Of a stretch of DNA of 64,000 bases, positions 39,320 through 51,215 are shown piece by piece. Position 1 is the stretch's first letter. Every line of letters starts with the position of its first letter. Origin of the DNA: Camelus ferus (Eukaryota); NCBI RefSeq assembly GCF_009834535.1, contig NC_045696.1, positions 87,794,001 through 87,858,000 on the forward strand, in the 5' to 3' direction. The notes beneath the pieces were generated by a model. The model saw nothing but the letters and a program-made list of their open reading frames with translations, did not search any database and was not told the DNA's origin. A program made the position numbers and the translations under genes.

Positions 39320-42055
39320 AACAATTTTAGAACATTTTTGTAACTCCAAAAAGAAGCCCCATACAGATTAGCATTCACTTCCCATTTCCCCTAAACTTCA
39401 CTCCCACCCCTTAGCCTTAAGTAATCACTAAACTACTTTGTCTTTATAGATTTGTCTATGCTGAACATTACATATAAATAAAATCACATGATATGTGGTC
39501 TTTTGTAACTGATTTCTTTCCTTTGGCGTAACATTTTCAAAGATCACCTATTTTGTGTCCAAATTATATTCCACTATAAGGATATATCACATTTTGTTTA
39601 TTCGCTGATTGATAGTCATCTGGGTTGTTTCCATAGGGGTTGTTATGAATAATGTTGCCATGAACAGTCATGTGAAAGTTTTTATATAAACAAATGTTTT
39701 CAATTCTCTTGGGTATATATCCAGGAGTGGAATTTCTGGGTCATATGGTAACTCTATATTTAACTTTTGAGAACTGCTAAATTTTTTTCCCCACAGTGAG
39801 TATTCCATTTTACATTCCCACCAGCAATTGTATATAGATTCCAATTCCCCCATGTCCTCACCAACACTTGTTACTGCCTGCCTTTTTGATTCTAGACATG
39901 ACAGTATAAAGTGGTATCTTGTGATTTTCATTTATATTTCCCTAATGACTAATGATGCTGAACATCATTTTACATGCTTATTGCCCATTCTTTGGAGAAA
40001 TTCAATTCAGAGGCTTTGCCTATGTTTTAATTAGGTTATTTGTCTTACATTATTATTTTACAAGTGTTCTGTTCTTTATGTATTCTAGATACCAGTACTT
40101 TATTAGATGTATGAATTAACAGTATTTTCTACCATTCCGGAATCTGTCTTTCTCTCTTTCTTGATGGTGTCCTTTGAAGCACAGGAGCTTTAATTTTGAT
40201 GAAGCCCAATTCTTTTTTTTTTTTTTTTTTTTTTTGGCACTTATGTCTTGATGTCACAGCTAAGAAGCCATGACATAATCCACGGTCACAAACATTTACT
40301 CTTAGGTTTTCTTCAAAAGATATTATAGTTTTAAATCTTACATTTAGTCCATGATCCATTTTGAATAAGTTTTTGCACATGGTATGATGCAGGGGTACAA
40401 ATTCACTTTCTACATGTGGATATTCAGTTGTACCAGCATCATTTTTTAAAAAGATTATTCTTTCTCTGAATCACTTTGGAAACTTTGTCTAAAATCAATT
40501 GACCATAAATGTCAGAGTTTATTTCTGGACTCTCAATTCTAGTCCACTGTTCTGTATCTCTATCCTTATTTAGTACCATACTGTCTTGAGTACTACAGAT
40601 TTGTAGTTAATACTGAAATCAAGAAATGTGAGAAAAAAAAAGAGAAAGAAATGTGAGTCTTCCAACTTTGTTCTTTTTTTAAGATTGTTTTGATTATTCT
40701 GAGTCTCTTGCATTTTCATATGAGTTTTAGAATCAGCTTTTCAGTTTCTGCCAAAAAGCCAACTGGGGTTTTAACAGGGATGGTGTTGAATCTGTAAATA
40801 AACTTCCGGTATGCATTCACTTGCTGTTTCTGCTGTAACAAATCAACACAAACTCGGTGGCTTGAAACTATAAAAATTGAATCTCTCACAGTTCTGAAGG
40901 CCAGAATTCTAAAACAAAGTGTCAACAGGGTTACACTCTCTCTGGAGGCTCATGGAATAATCTGTGCTTTGTCTCTTTCAGCTACTGGCAGCTATTGGCA
41001 TTCCTTGACCTGTGGCCACATCACTACAATCTCTGCTTCTAAGGTCACATTGTCTCTTCTTCTGTCTATATCAAGTCTCTTTCAGCCTAAGAGCATATAT
41101 CTAAGAACATATATCAAGATCTTTAATTATATGTGTGAAGACCCCTTTTCTGAGTAAGGTAACATTCAGAGGTTCCGGAAATTAGAAAGAGGACACATCT
41201 CTTGAGGGCACCACAATTTAGCCCACTAAATTCCCATCTTAACAATACTATCTTGAAATCATAAACACAAATGTCTTTCTATTTTACTTAGTTCTTTAAT
41301 TTCTGTCAACAGTTTTATAGTTTTCAGAGCACAAGAATAGCACTACTTTTGTTAAATTTATTCCTAATTATTTTATTATTTTTGATGCTAAGAAAAAATG
41401 GAATAACTTTTATATTCAGATTGCTCATTTTTATATAACATATATAAATACAAGTGATTTTTGTATATTGATATCGTGCCTTGAGATTTTGCTGAACTCA
41501 TGTCTTAGTTCTAATATCTTTTTAGTGAACTTAGGATTTTCTATGTACAAAATCATGTTGGCAAGCTGTATCATCTTCAAATCAAAAATAGATAGTTTTA
41601 TTTCTTCCACTGTAATCTAGTTGCTTTTAATTCTTTGTCTTATCTAATTGCCCTAGCTTGGACCTTCAGTACAATGCTGAATGAAAGTGACAAGAGTGAA
41701 TATCCTTTTCTTGTTCCTAATTTTAGGGAAAAGTATTGAGACTTTTTCACCATTAAGTGTGCTATTAATTATGGATTTTTTCATAGATGTACCCTATTCG
41801 GTTGAGAATTCTCTTCTCTTCTTAGTTCCTTGAATATGTTTTTAATCATGAAATAATGTTGGATTTTTTCAAACTTTTTTGCATCTATTGATTTTTGTGC
41901 TTTATTGATATGATGTACTACATCAAATGATTTTTTGGATGTTAATCCAACCTTGTATCCCTGTGATAAATCCCACTCGGTCATATTCTAAAACCCTTTT
42001 CATGTGGCTATATTCAATTTGTTAGTATTTTGTTAAAAATTTATGGATCTATATA
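39320..42055 (-). mobile_element. L1MB-like L1 (3' UTR to RT region), split by an MLT1 LTR
   Basis: Continuous antisense L1; decayed ORF2 peptides ELPYDPEIPLLDIYPRE (39668-39931) and SIDAKKFEKIQHYFMIK (41781-41984). Confidence 0.85.
40810..41228 (-). mobile_element. MLT1B-like MaLR LTR nested in L1
   Basis: CTGCTGTAACAAAT..GGTGGCTTGAAAC..CTCTCACAGTTCTGAAGGCCAGAA; AAGACCCCTTTTC..TAAGGTAACATTC. Confidence 0.8.
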
Positions 42056-42639
42056 GGCACTATTTATACATGTTCCTTCATTAGGGGTTAATTTTTTTTT
42101 TAATTTCACACTTTATGGTCATGACGTTCTTTTAAAGAATCACTTGTTTGTAATTATTCATATGAATTATCATGAGGTGTCTCAGCATTCCGTAAAGGTA
42201 GAAGTCATTTACTTCCTTCTCACAGCCAAGTATGATTAAATTATATCAGAAATAACACCATGAACTTTCTTTTCTTTATTTTAGTACTGATGCTTAAAAT
42301 TCCATTACAACTGCATTCCTTAAGAGTTAATATAAAAGTCCTCAACAAGGAAGTTCCTATCCCTTGGTATTTCGATACCAATTACTGCTTTCAGAACTGA
42401 GTTCCACAGTTTACAATAAATGAGGTAAAAACAGAGCTAGTGATGTTGCTCCATTTTTCACTCAGTTCAGGGAACTTATAGTCTCTACAGCCTAACACTG
42501 CTCCAGGTCTATTAATGACTTCATCCCCTTAATAGCCACGCCTGAGAGATACACACTTTCTCTCTTCATATAGCACTCTTGGGTCAAGGACTTATATATG
42601 AAATTACAGATAATCTGCTTTACCTAACTTATCTAAAGA

Positions 42640-43060
42640 CACATAGTTATCTGTCTGATTTCAGTTTCCTGGGGTTATTGTTAAGGTTAAATAAAAGTTT
42701 ATATGTCAGGTGTCAGGCACATAGTTAGCATGTAATAAATAGCATCCATTTTTTTTTAAAGGTAGGTGAGAATTAATGGATAATGTTAGCAAAGTACTTA
42801 CGACAAATGAAAGACTTGTAACTACCCAAAAGATTTTGGTATTGCTGTTGCTCTGATGATGATAATGATGATACTGAAGACACTAAGTCCAAAAAACTAG
42901 GGTTCAAATTCTAGCTCTACTATTTGTTCTCTATGTAAGACTGCCCAAGTCTCTGAGACTTACTTTCTTCACCTATAAATGGAGATGATGCTCATTTCCC
43001 AAGACTGTTGGGAGAAACAAGTGAAATTATGTGTACGACATCATTGTTTATAGCATAAAG
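42640..43060 (+). mobile_element. Two or more MIR fragments
   Basis: TCAGTTTCCT..GGGTTATTGTTAAGGTTAAAT; GGGTTCAAATTCTAGCTCTACT..CACCTATAAATGGAGATG. Confidence 0.6.
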
Positions 43061-43236
43061 CCAGGTATCAGTATTTCTCATTGCCATAATTGATGGAACT
43101 GTTTCTACACAGAATAACGATTCAGCATTTCAAAGTAAAATTTATTGAATTTAAATATATCATTAGATGAGTGTGGGGAAAATGGATTATCATGTGAGAT
43201 TTTTTTCAGCTATCAGTAATATTCACTTGAGAGATT

Positions 43237-44349
43237 TGGTCAAAATGGCAGAGGAGGAAGGCCCTGAGCTCACCTTCTTTCAGGGGCACATGGGAGAGAA
43301 AATGACAGTAACACAATAATAGTAAGGAACGTTAACACCCCACTTACATCAACGGACAGATCATCCAGACAGAAAATCAATAAGTACTGGCACGAAAACA
43401 GACACACAGATCAACAGAATAGAAGGCCTAGAAATGAACCCAAACTTTTATGGTCAATTAATCTATGACAAAGTGAGGCAACAGTAGACAATGGGAAAAA
43501 GAGTCTCTTCAATAAATGGTATTGGGAAAGTGGACAGCTACATGCAAAAGCTACCTTCTCATACCATATACAAAAAGAAAATCAAAAGGGATTAAAGACT
43601 TAAATATAAGACCTGAAACCATAAAGCTCCTAGAAGAAAACACAGGCAGTGAGCTCTTTGACATTGATCTTGGCAATATTTTTTTAGCTATGTTTCCTTA
43701 GGCAGTTTTCCTTGCAAAAATTAACAGTACCACATCAAACTAAAAAACTTTTGCATACTGAAAGTAACTATCAACAAAATAAAAAGGCCGTCTACTGAAT
43801 GTGAGAAGGTATTTTCAAAGCATACATCTGATAAGGATATCCAAAACATATAAAGAACTCACACAACTCAGTATCAAAAAACAAAACGAAACAAAACAAA
43901 ACAACTCAGCTAAAAATTGTCAGAGGCTCTTAATAGGCATTTTTCCAAAGAAGACATAAGAATGGCCAAAAGAAACATGAAAAGATAGTCAACATCACTA
44001 ATCATCAGAGAAATGAAAACCCACAATCACTTCAAATCTGTCAGAATGGCTATCATCAAAAAGACAACAAATAACAGATACTAACTAGTGAGGATCTGGA
44101 GAAAAGGAAACACTAGTGACTGTTGGTAGGATGGTAAATTGGTGCAGTCACTATAGAAAACAGTATGGAGAGTCCTTAAAAAATTAAAAAGAAAACTACA
44201 ATATGATTCAGCAATTCTACTTCTAGGAATTTACCAAAGGAAAATTAAAAAATTTGAAAAGATACATGCATTCCAGTGTTCACTGCAGTGTTATTTATAG
44301 TAGCCAAGACATGGAAGTAACCTAAGTGTCTATCAACAGATGAATGGGT

Positions 44350-44387
<38 letters not shown>

Positions 44388-44890
44388 CATACATACATAC
44401 ATATTTATAATATATGCATACATAAATATAATATGGGATATTACTCATAAAAAGGAATGATCTTTTGCCACTTACAACAACATGGATGGATCTAGAGGGT
44501 ATTAACCTAAGTAGAGAGTCAGACAGAGTGACAAATATCTCATGATCTTGCTTATATGTAAAATCTAAAAACAAAACAAAATGAAAACAGACTCACAGAT
44601 ACAGAAAACAATGGATATAGTTGCCAGAGGAGAGTGGATGGGCATTTGGTGAAATAGGTAAAGGGGATTAAGTGTTACAAACCTTCAGTCATAAAAGAAA
44701 TAAACCTCAGGGATGCAATATACAGCCTAAGGAATATGATTAGTAATATTATAATAACTTTGTATAGTGACAAATGGTTGTTAGACTTATGGTGGTGAGC
44801 ATTTCATAATGTATACAAATGTGAAACAGTTATGTAGTACACTTGAAACTAACATAATATTGTATGTCAGCTATATTTCATTATTTTTAA
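43237..44890 (+). mobile_element. Internally deleted L1: 5' terminus, EN fragment, ORF2 C-terminus and 3' UTR
   Basis: AAAATGGCAGAGGAGGAAGGCCCTGAGCTCACC 5' end; NDSNTIIVRNVNTPLTSTDRSSRQKINK; YWHENRHTDQ; ORF 43516-43701 [17 protein letters not shown]. Confidence 0.8.
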
Positions 44891-45879
44891 TAAATTCTTT
44901 AAAAATTTTAGAACACAAGCCCCCAAAATAGTATCTGCTTTAGCAGTGAAGTGTTTAAAGTTGAGAAATAATCTCACTTTGAAATAGCATCTAACAAAAA
45001 AGCATTTAGAAAGTACTTATGGGCAATCATTTTAAAACTCAAATTTTATCTAGAAAAATCTCTATAGCAGCTTACACAAGGGGGTTTAGGTTGGAGGGAG
45101 AAGAGCTCCAGCTGTAACGAGAGAGGATAAAGATAAAAGGGATCAGGGTCAGAGAATCAAAATTGTTCTAGTTTCTGACCCTCTGCTAAATCAAACCTTC
45201 ATTAAGATGAAGCAGGCAAAATGCCCAGCTAACCCATAACTAGCATCCTAACTTTTCCAATAAATAGGAAATCCCAGGGACAAAGTTCTGATCCACGGTT
45301 ATCTAAAAGCTTCTCTACAGTAGAGCAGCAATGCTTTTCAGAAGCAACTTCTAAACAAATAACAAACACAGAATGAACACTGTTTGACCCCAAGGAAATC
45401 ATTTAACCCCACTGAGCCCCATTTTTTCCATCAGCAAAATAATACTACCCCCTCTCCACCTCCAAAATGTTGTCAAGATAAAGGAATTGATTCTCCAAAA
45501 GCACAGGGAGTCCCTGAGATGAAACATGCTCCATAAACACAAAGTACAATCCCTTAATAATTTATAAGTTCTTGAGTTTTTGTTTTGTTTAGTTTTTGAT
45601 ACTGAGATCTGGAATGGTTATTTTAGAGAATTTTTTTTTCTCTGTTCCACCTTTCCACTTATATAAGAAAGAGCTGCTATATGAAAGGCCTTGCTACAAC
45701 TTCACAATCAACAGCACACAAGACAGTAACTACAGGAAAACTTTCTGAAACATCTACCATAGTTAGAGACTGAGATTTATCTTTTTCCTGATATAATAGG
45801 TATATAACAATTGTATCCACTCAAGAAATATTTATGGAGCCTACACTTCCTGCCAAAAAAATGTACAAGTGAAAATCAG

Positions 45880-48377
45880 GTCAGCAAGATGATGAAATAG
45901 GTCATTCCTGACTTTGCTCCCACATCAAAAGAAGAACTAACAACTATTCAACAACAAGATAACACTGAGAGAATTCTGGAACATGAGGATGAAGCTGAAG
46001 CACCTCACTGCACCTCAGTGATCAAGACAGATTGCATGAGAAGGTAAGAGAAGTGGCTGCACATTGACCACATTATCTATCCCTCCTCCTGGCCAGCATA
46101 GCATCACACAGAGAAGTCTCCCCTGAGACTCCAGTCCCTCCAGTGGGAAAAGAGAACCCAGGAAGACAACCAGCTCTCTCCCAGCACTGAGGTCACTTTG
46201 TGGGAGCTCCTATTCGGATCTTGCACTACACAGAATCAGACTCTGACAGAGAAGGGGAGAGGGGCTTGCAATAACCACATGGATGTTGGCAGACTAAATG
46301 CCTATCTGCAGTTCCCAAATAGTAATCACAGCCAGTAGCTTTGCCCATCAGCAGAACCATGTTTGGAGAATACTCTGACCAGTGATCTCAGCAGGGTGTA
46401 GATCTCCCTGATCTGGATCCTCAAACAAGGAGTTTTTCCAGCCCTAAAGCCCAATTTGCCCATGCCTAGGCAATGAGTAGTTATAGCCTTGCCACTGTGG
46501 AGAGGGTCTTCTGGCCCCTCCAGACCAAACCAAAAAGGCAGGCAATAATTCCTGGATGATTTGTGGCCCAGTGGTGCTACAGCCCAGAGGTGGGCAGGCA
46601 GAACTAATCACCCCCAGAGCAAAGCCAAAACTGGGCATAAAGGGTTCCCATGCTATGCACAGGCAGGGGGATTAATTCATAGCCAAGGCTGAGAGTAGCT
46701 CCTGGCCCCTCCCAAAAAGAGCCAATTTGGGAAATTGAGAGTAGTTTGGAGTGGATCCTCCTCCTCCTCCTCCTGCCCAAGCAAAAGAACTGAGACATAG
46801 CCCAACCTGCTGTGGAGAGTGTCTTCTGGTCACATCTGACCAGAAGGGTTGTCAACAACTCCTGGAAGCTGTTGCAGTCCAGCAGTGCTTGAGCCTAGAG
46901 AAGGGCAGGCAGAGCTGATGGTTTCCAGCGTCCTGGAAGCTTGGGGTATGGATCAGCTTGAGTTAAGACAACAAAGGCTTTAGAGCTGCTTTTCTGACCA
47001 CACACAGGCAAGTAATCTAATTCATAGCCCCACTGAGGTGGCAGAGGACTAAGTTCCAAACAAAGGAACAAGATAAAACCCTAGAAAAACAATTAAGGGA
47101 AGTGGAGATGAGCAATCTACCAGGTAAAGAGTTTAGGGTAATGATCATAAATGTGCTCAAAGAATTCAAGAGAAGAATGGACAACCACAGTGACAAGTTT
47201 AACAAAGAGAAAATATAAAGAAGAACCAAATAGAGCTGAAGAATACAATAACTAAAATAAATATACACTAGAAGGAATCAACAGTAGATAAGATGATACA
47301 GTGGAATGGATCAGAAAACTAGAAGACTAAAGTTCACTGAAGTTGAACTGAAAAAGAAAAAAAAAAAGAATTAAAAAAAATAAGGAAAGTTTAAGAGATC
47401 ACTGGGACAACATCAACCATATGAACACTCATATTATAGGAATCCCAGAAGAAAGAAAAGAAAGAAAGAAAAGAAAGAAAGAAAAGAAAAGAAAAGAAAA
47501 GAAAAGAAAAGAAAAGAAAAGAAAAGAAAAGAAAAGAAAAAAGAAAGAAAGGAAGGAAGGAAGAAAGGAAGGAAGGAAGGAAGGAAGGAAGGAAGGAAGG
47601 AAGGAAGGAAGAGGCCTAAGACATATGTGAAGACATAATAGCTAAAAACTTCCCTATCTTAGGAAAGGAAAAAGACAGCCAAGTCCAGGAAGCATTTAGA
47701 CTCCATGGAGAGTCCCAAACAGGACCAACTCAAAGAGGACCACACCAAGACACATTGTAATTAAAATGATAAAAATTAAAGATAGAGTATTAAAACCAGA
47801 AAAGGAAAAGCAACAACTTACATACAAGGGAAGTCTCATAAGGCTATTAGATAACTTAGCAGGCCAGAACATGGTTGCACAACATGTTTAAAGTGATGAA
47901 AGGAAAAAATCTACAACCAAGAATCATCTACTTGGCAATAAGAAGGAGAAGTCAGAAGATAAAAGAGTTATCACCATAAAACTAGCCTTAGTAGAAATGT
48001 TAAAGGGACTTCTCTAAGTGGAAAAGAACATGGCTAGAAATGTGAAAATTACAAAATAAATAATCTCACTGATTGAGGCAAATATATAGTAAAGGTAGTA
48101 AAACAACCACATATAAAGCTAGTAGAAAAGTTAAAGACAAAATTAGCAAAATCATCTATATTCACAAAAAGTAGTTAATGGGTACACAAAACAAAACAAT
48201 GTAAAATATAATGTCAAAAAAACTAAATTTAGGGGGGAGTAAAAATGCAAGGTTGCTAAAATGAAATCAAACTTAAGACATCACCAATTTAAAGTAATCA
48301 TCTATAAATAGAGAATGCTATATACAAACCTCATAGTAACCACAAACCAAAAATTTACAATAGACAGACACATACAC
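45880..48377 (+). mobile_element. L1 5' UTR, decayed ORF1 and inter-ORF region
   Basis: CAAGATGATGAAATAGG start; GC-richer repetitive 5' UTR; ORF1 motifs such as QTKEQDKTLEKQLREVEMSNLP and CACACCAAGACACATTGTAATTAAAATG. Confidence 0.8.
47447..47612. repeat. (GAAAA)n-(GGAA)n purine microsatellite inside L1 ORF1
   Basis: Visible tandem arrays. Confidence 0.95.
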
Positions 48378-49295
48378 AATGGCAGTATTTCATTCTTTCT
48401 TATGGCCATCAGAATGAAATACTGCCATTTGCAACAACATGGATGGGTCTAGGGGGTACTATGCTAAGTGAGATAAGTCAGACAGTAAAAGACAAATACT
48501 GTAAGATTTTACTTATATGTGTAATCTAAAAAACAAAACAAATGAACAAACATTATGAAACGGAAACAGTCTTATAGATACAGAAAACAGTTGCCATAGG
48601 GGAGGAGAGTGGGAGCAGGAACAAAATAGGTGAGGGAGATTCAGAAGTATAAACTTCTAGTTGCAAAATAAATAAGTCATAGATATGATATGTACAGTGT
48701 GGGAAATATAATCAGTAATTATGTAATACCTTTTTTGGTATGGTGACTGATGGTAACTAGACTTACCATGGTGATCATTTTGAAATGTATGGAAATATCT
48801 AAGGACTATGTTGTATAACAAAACTAATATAGTACTGTTGGTCAATCATGCTTCAAAACCAAACAAACCAACAAACTCATTGAAAAAGAGATCAGATTTG
48901 TGGTTACCAGAGACAGGGCTTGTGGAGGGAAGTGTTGGGTAGAGGGGTAGGATGAAGGCAGTCAAAAGGTACAAACATCCAGTTAGAAGATAATTAAGTA
49001 CCAGGAATATAATGTATAACATGATAAATATACTTAATACTGCTGTATGTTATATATGGAAGTTGTTAAGAGAGTAAATTCTGAAAATTCCCACCACAAG
49101 GAAAAATTTTTTTCTATTTCTTTATTTTTGTATCTATATAAAATGATGGATTTCACTAAACTTGTTGTCGTAATCATTTCATGATGTATATAAATCAAAT
49201 CATTATGCAGCACACCTTTATCTTATATACTGCTGTATGTTAATTATATACCAATAAAACTAGAAGAAAAATAAAAAATTTAAAAGCAAAAGAAA
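48378..49295 (+). mobile_element. L1 3' end with a short 5' inverted segment
   Basis: GAATGAAATACTGCCATTTGCAACAACATGGATG through CAATAAAACT plus A-rich tail; inverted copy at 48378-48406. Confidence 0.8.
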
Positions 49296-49297
49296 AA

Positions 49298-50632
49298 AAA
49301 CAGAATGAAGGAATCACATTATTCCTTAATAACTGCAGAAAAATCATTTGACAAAATTCAACATCCATTTATGACAAAACCTCTCAACAAAGTAGGCAAG
49401 AAGGAACATATCTCATCAAAACAGAATGGTACTGCCATTAAAACAGATAAGTAGACCAATGGAACAGAATCAAGAGCCCAGAAATGAACCCAAGCATATA
49501 CCATCAATGAACATTTGACAAGGGAGCCAAGAATACTTAATGGAAAAAGACAGTTTTCAATAAATGATGCTGGGATACTTGAATATTCACTAGTAAAAGA
49601 ATAAAACTGGACCGGTAACTTATACCACTCACAAAAACTAACTTGAAATGAATAAAAGACTTAAATGTAAGGCTCGAAACCATAAGACTACTAGAAGACA
49701 ACATAAGAATAAATTTCCTTGACATGGGTCTTGGTAACAATTTTTTGGGTATGATGCCTAAGGCACAAGCAACTAAATAAACAAACAAACAGGCAGGACT
49801 ACATCAAAGAATCTTCTGCACACAGAAGAAACCATTAACAGAATGAAAAGACAACCTATGGAAAGGGGAAAAATACTTGCAAACCATATATCAGAAAAAG
49901 GATTAACATCCAAAACATATAAAGAACTCAATTGAAAAAAAAACAAATAACCTAATTAAAAAATGGGCAAAGGACTTAAATACACATTTCTCCAAGATAT
50001 ATGAAAGGTCAACAGGTACATGAAAAGACACTCAACATCACTAGGCATTAAGGAAATGTAAATTAAAACCACAATGGGATGTTACCTCACATCTGTCAGA
50101 ATGGCTATCACCAAAAAGACAACAAACAACAAACGTTGGTGAGGATGTGGAGAAAAGGGAACTCTGTGCACTGTTGGGACTGTAAACTGGTATAGCCACT
50201 ATGGAAACAGTATGGAGGTTTCTTAAAAAATTAAAAAACAGAACTATCATATATCAATTCCACTCCTGGGAATACATCCAAAGGAACTAACACCAACTCA
50301 AAAAGGTATCTGTATCCCCATGTTCATAGCATTATTTATAACAGCCAAGTCATGGAAATAACCTAAGTGTCCATGGATGGATGAATTAAAAATATGTGGA
50401 ATATATGGAGAACAATCTAGTGGTTACCCAAGGAGAAAGGGATGGGAAGAGGGGTAAAATAGTAATAAGGGATTAAAAGGTACAAACTACTCTGTGCAAA
50501 ATAAATAAGACACAATGATACATTGTACAGCACAGGGAACATAACCAGTATTTTATAATAATAATGGAGTATTACCTATAAAAACAAATCAACTACATGT
50601 TAATAAAAAACAGGGTTATGGTATATCTGTAT

Positions 50633-50668
<36 letters not shown>

Positions 50669-51215
50669 ATAGAATATTATTCAATCATGAGAAATGAAAA
50701 ATACTACCATTTGCCACAATAAGGATAGACATTGAAGGCACTATGCTAAGCGAAATAAGTCACACAGAGAAAGACAAATACTGTATGATCTCACTTATAT
50801 GTGGAATGAAAAAAGAAAACTAAACTCATCATAAAAGAGCTCTGATTTACCGGAGGCAGAGGGTGGAGGTAGTAGGAATTGGAGGAAGATGGTCAAAAAG
50901 TACAAACTTCCAGTTATAAGATAAATAAGTACAAGGGATATAATATGGGATGACTATAGCTAACACTGCTGTGTGATATGTAGGAAAGTTGTTAACAGAG
51001 TAAACCTCAGAGTTCTGATTATCAGGAATTTTTTTTTCTTTTTTTTTTTCTTCTTTCTTTTCATTTTATTGTATCACTATGAGAAGACGGATATTTGCTG
51101 AATCTATTGTGGTAATTTTTTCACAATGTATGTAAATCAAACCATCATACTGTATGCCTTAATCTTATATAGTGACATATGTCAATTATTTCACAGTAAA
51201 ACTGGGGGAAAAAAA
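49298..51215 (+). mobile_element. L1 ORF2 RT scrap, ORF2 C-terminus and 3' UTR, with a nested L1 3' fragment (about 50409-50610)
   Basis: GCAGAAAAATCATTTGACAAAATTCAACATCC; GACCAATGGAACAGAAT; 3' end CAGTAAAACTGGGGGAAAAAAA. Confidence 0.85.

Noticed and set aside
47421..47630. K/R/E-rich ORF
   Set aside because: It is a translation of the (GAAAA)n(GGAA)n microsatellite within decayed ORF1.
45880..51215. Intact active L1 or HAL1-type element
   Set aside because: ORF1 has stops and frameshifts and ORF2 is largely missing. The ORF1-to-3'UTR adjacency is better explained by a second insertion with an inverted junction.
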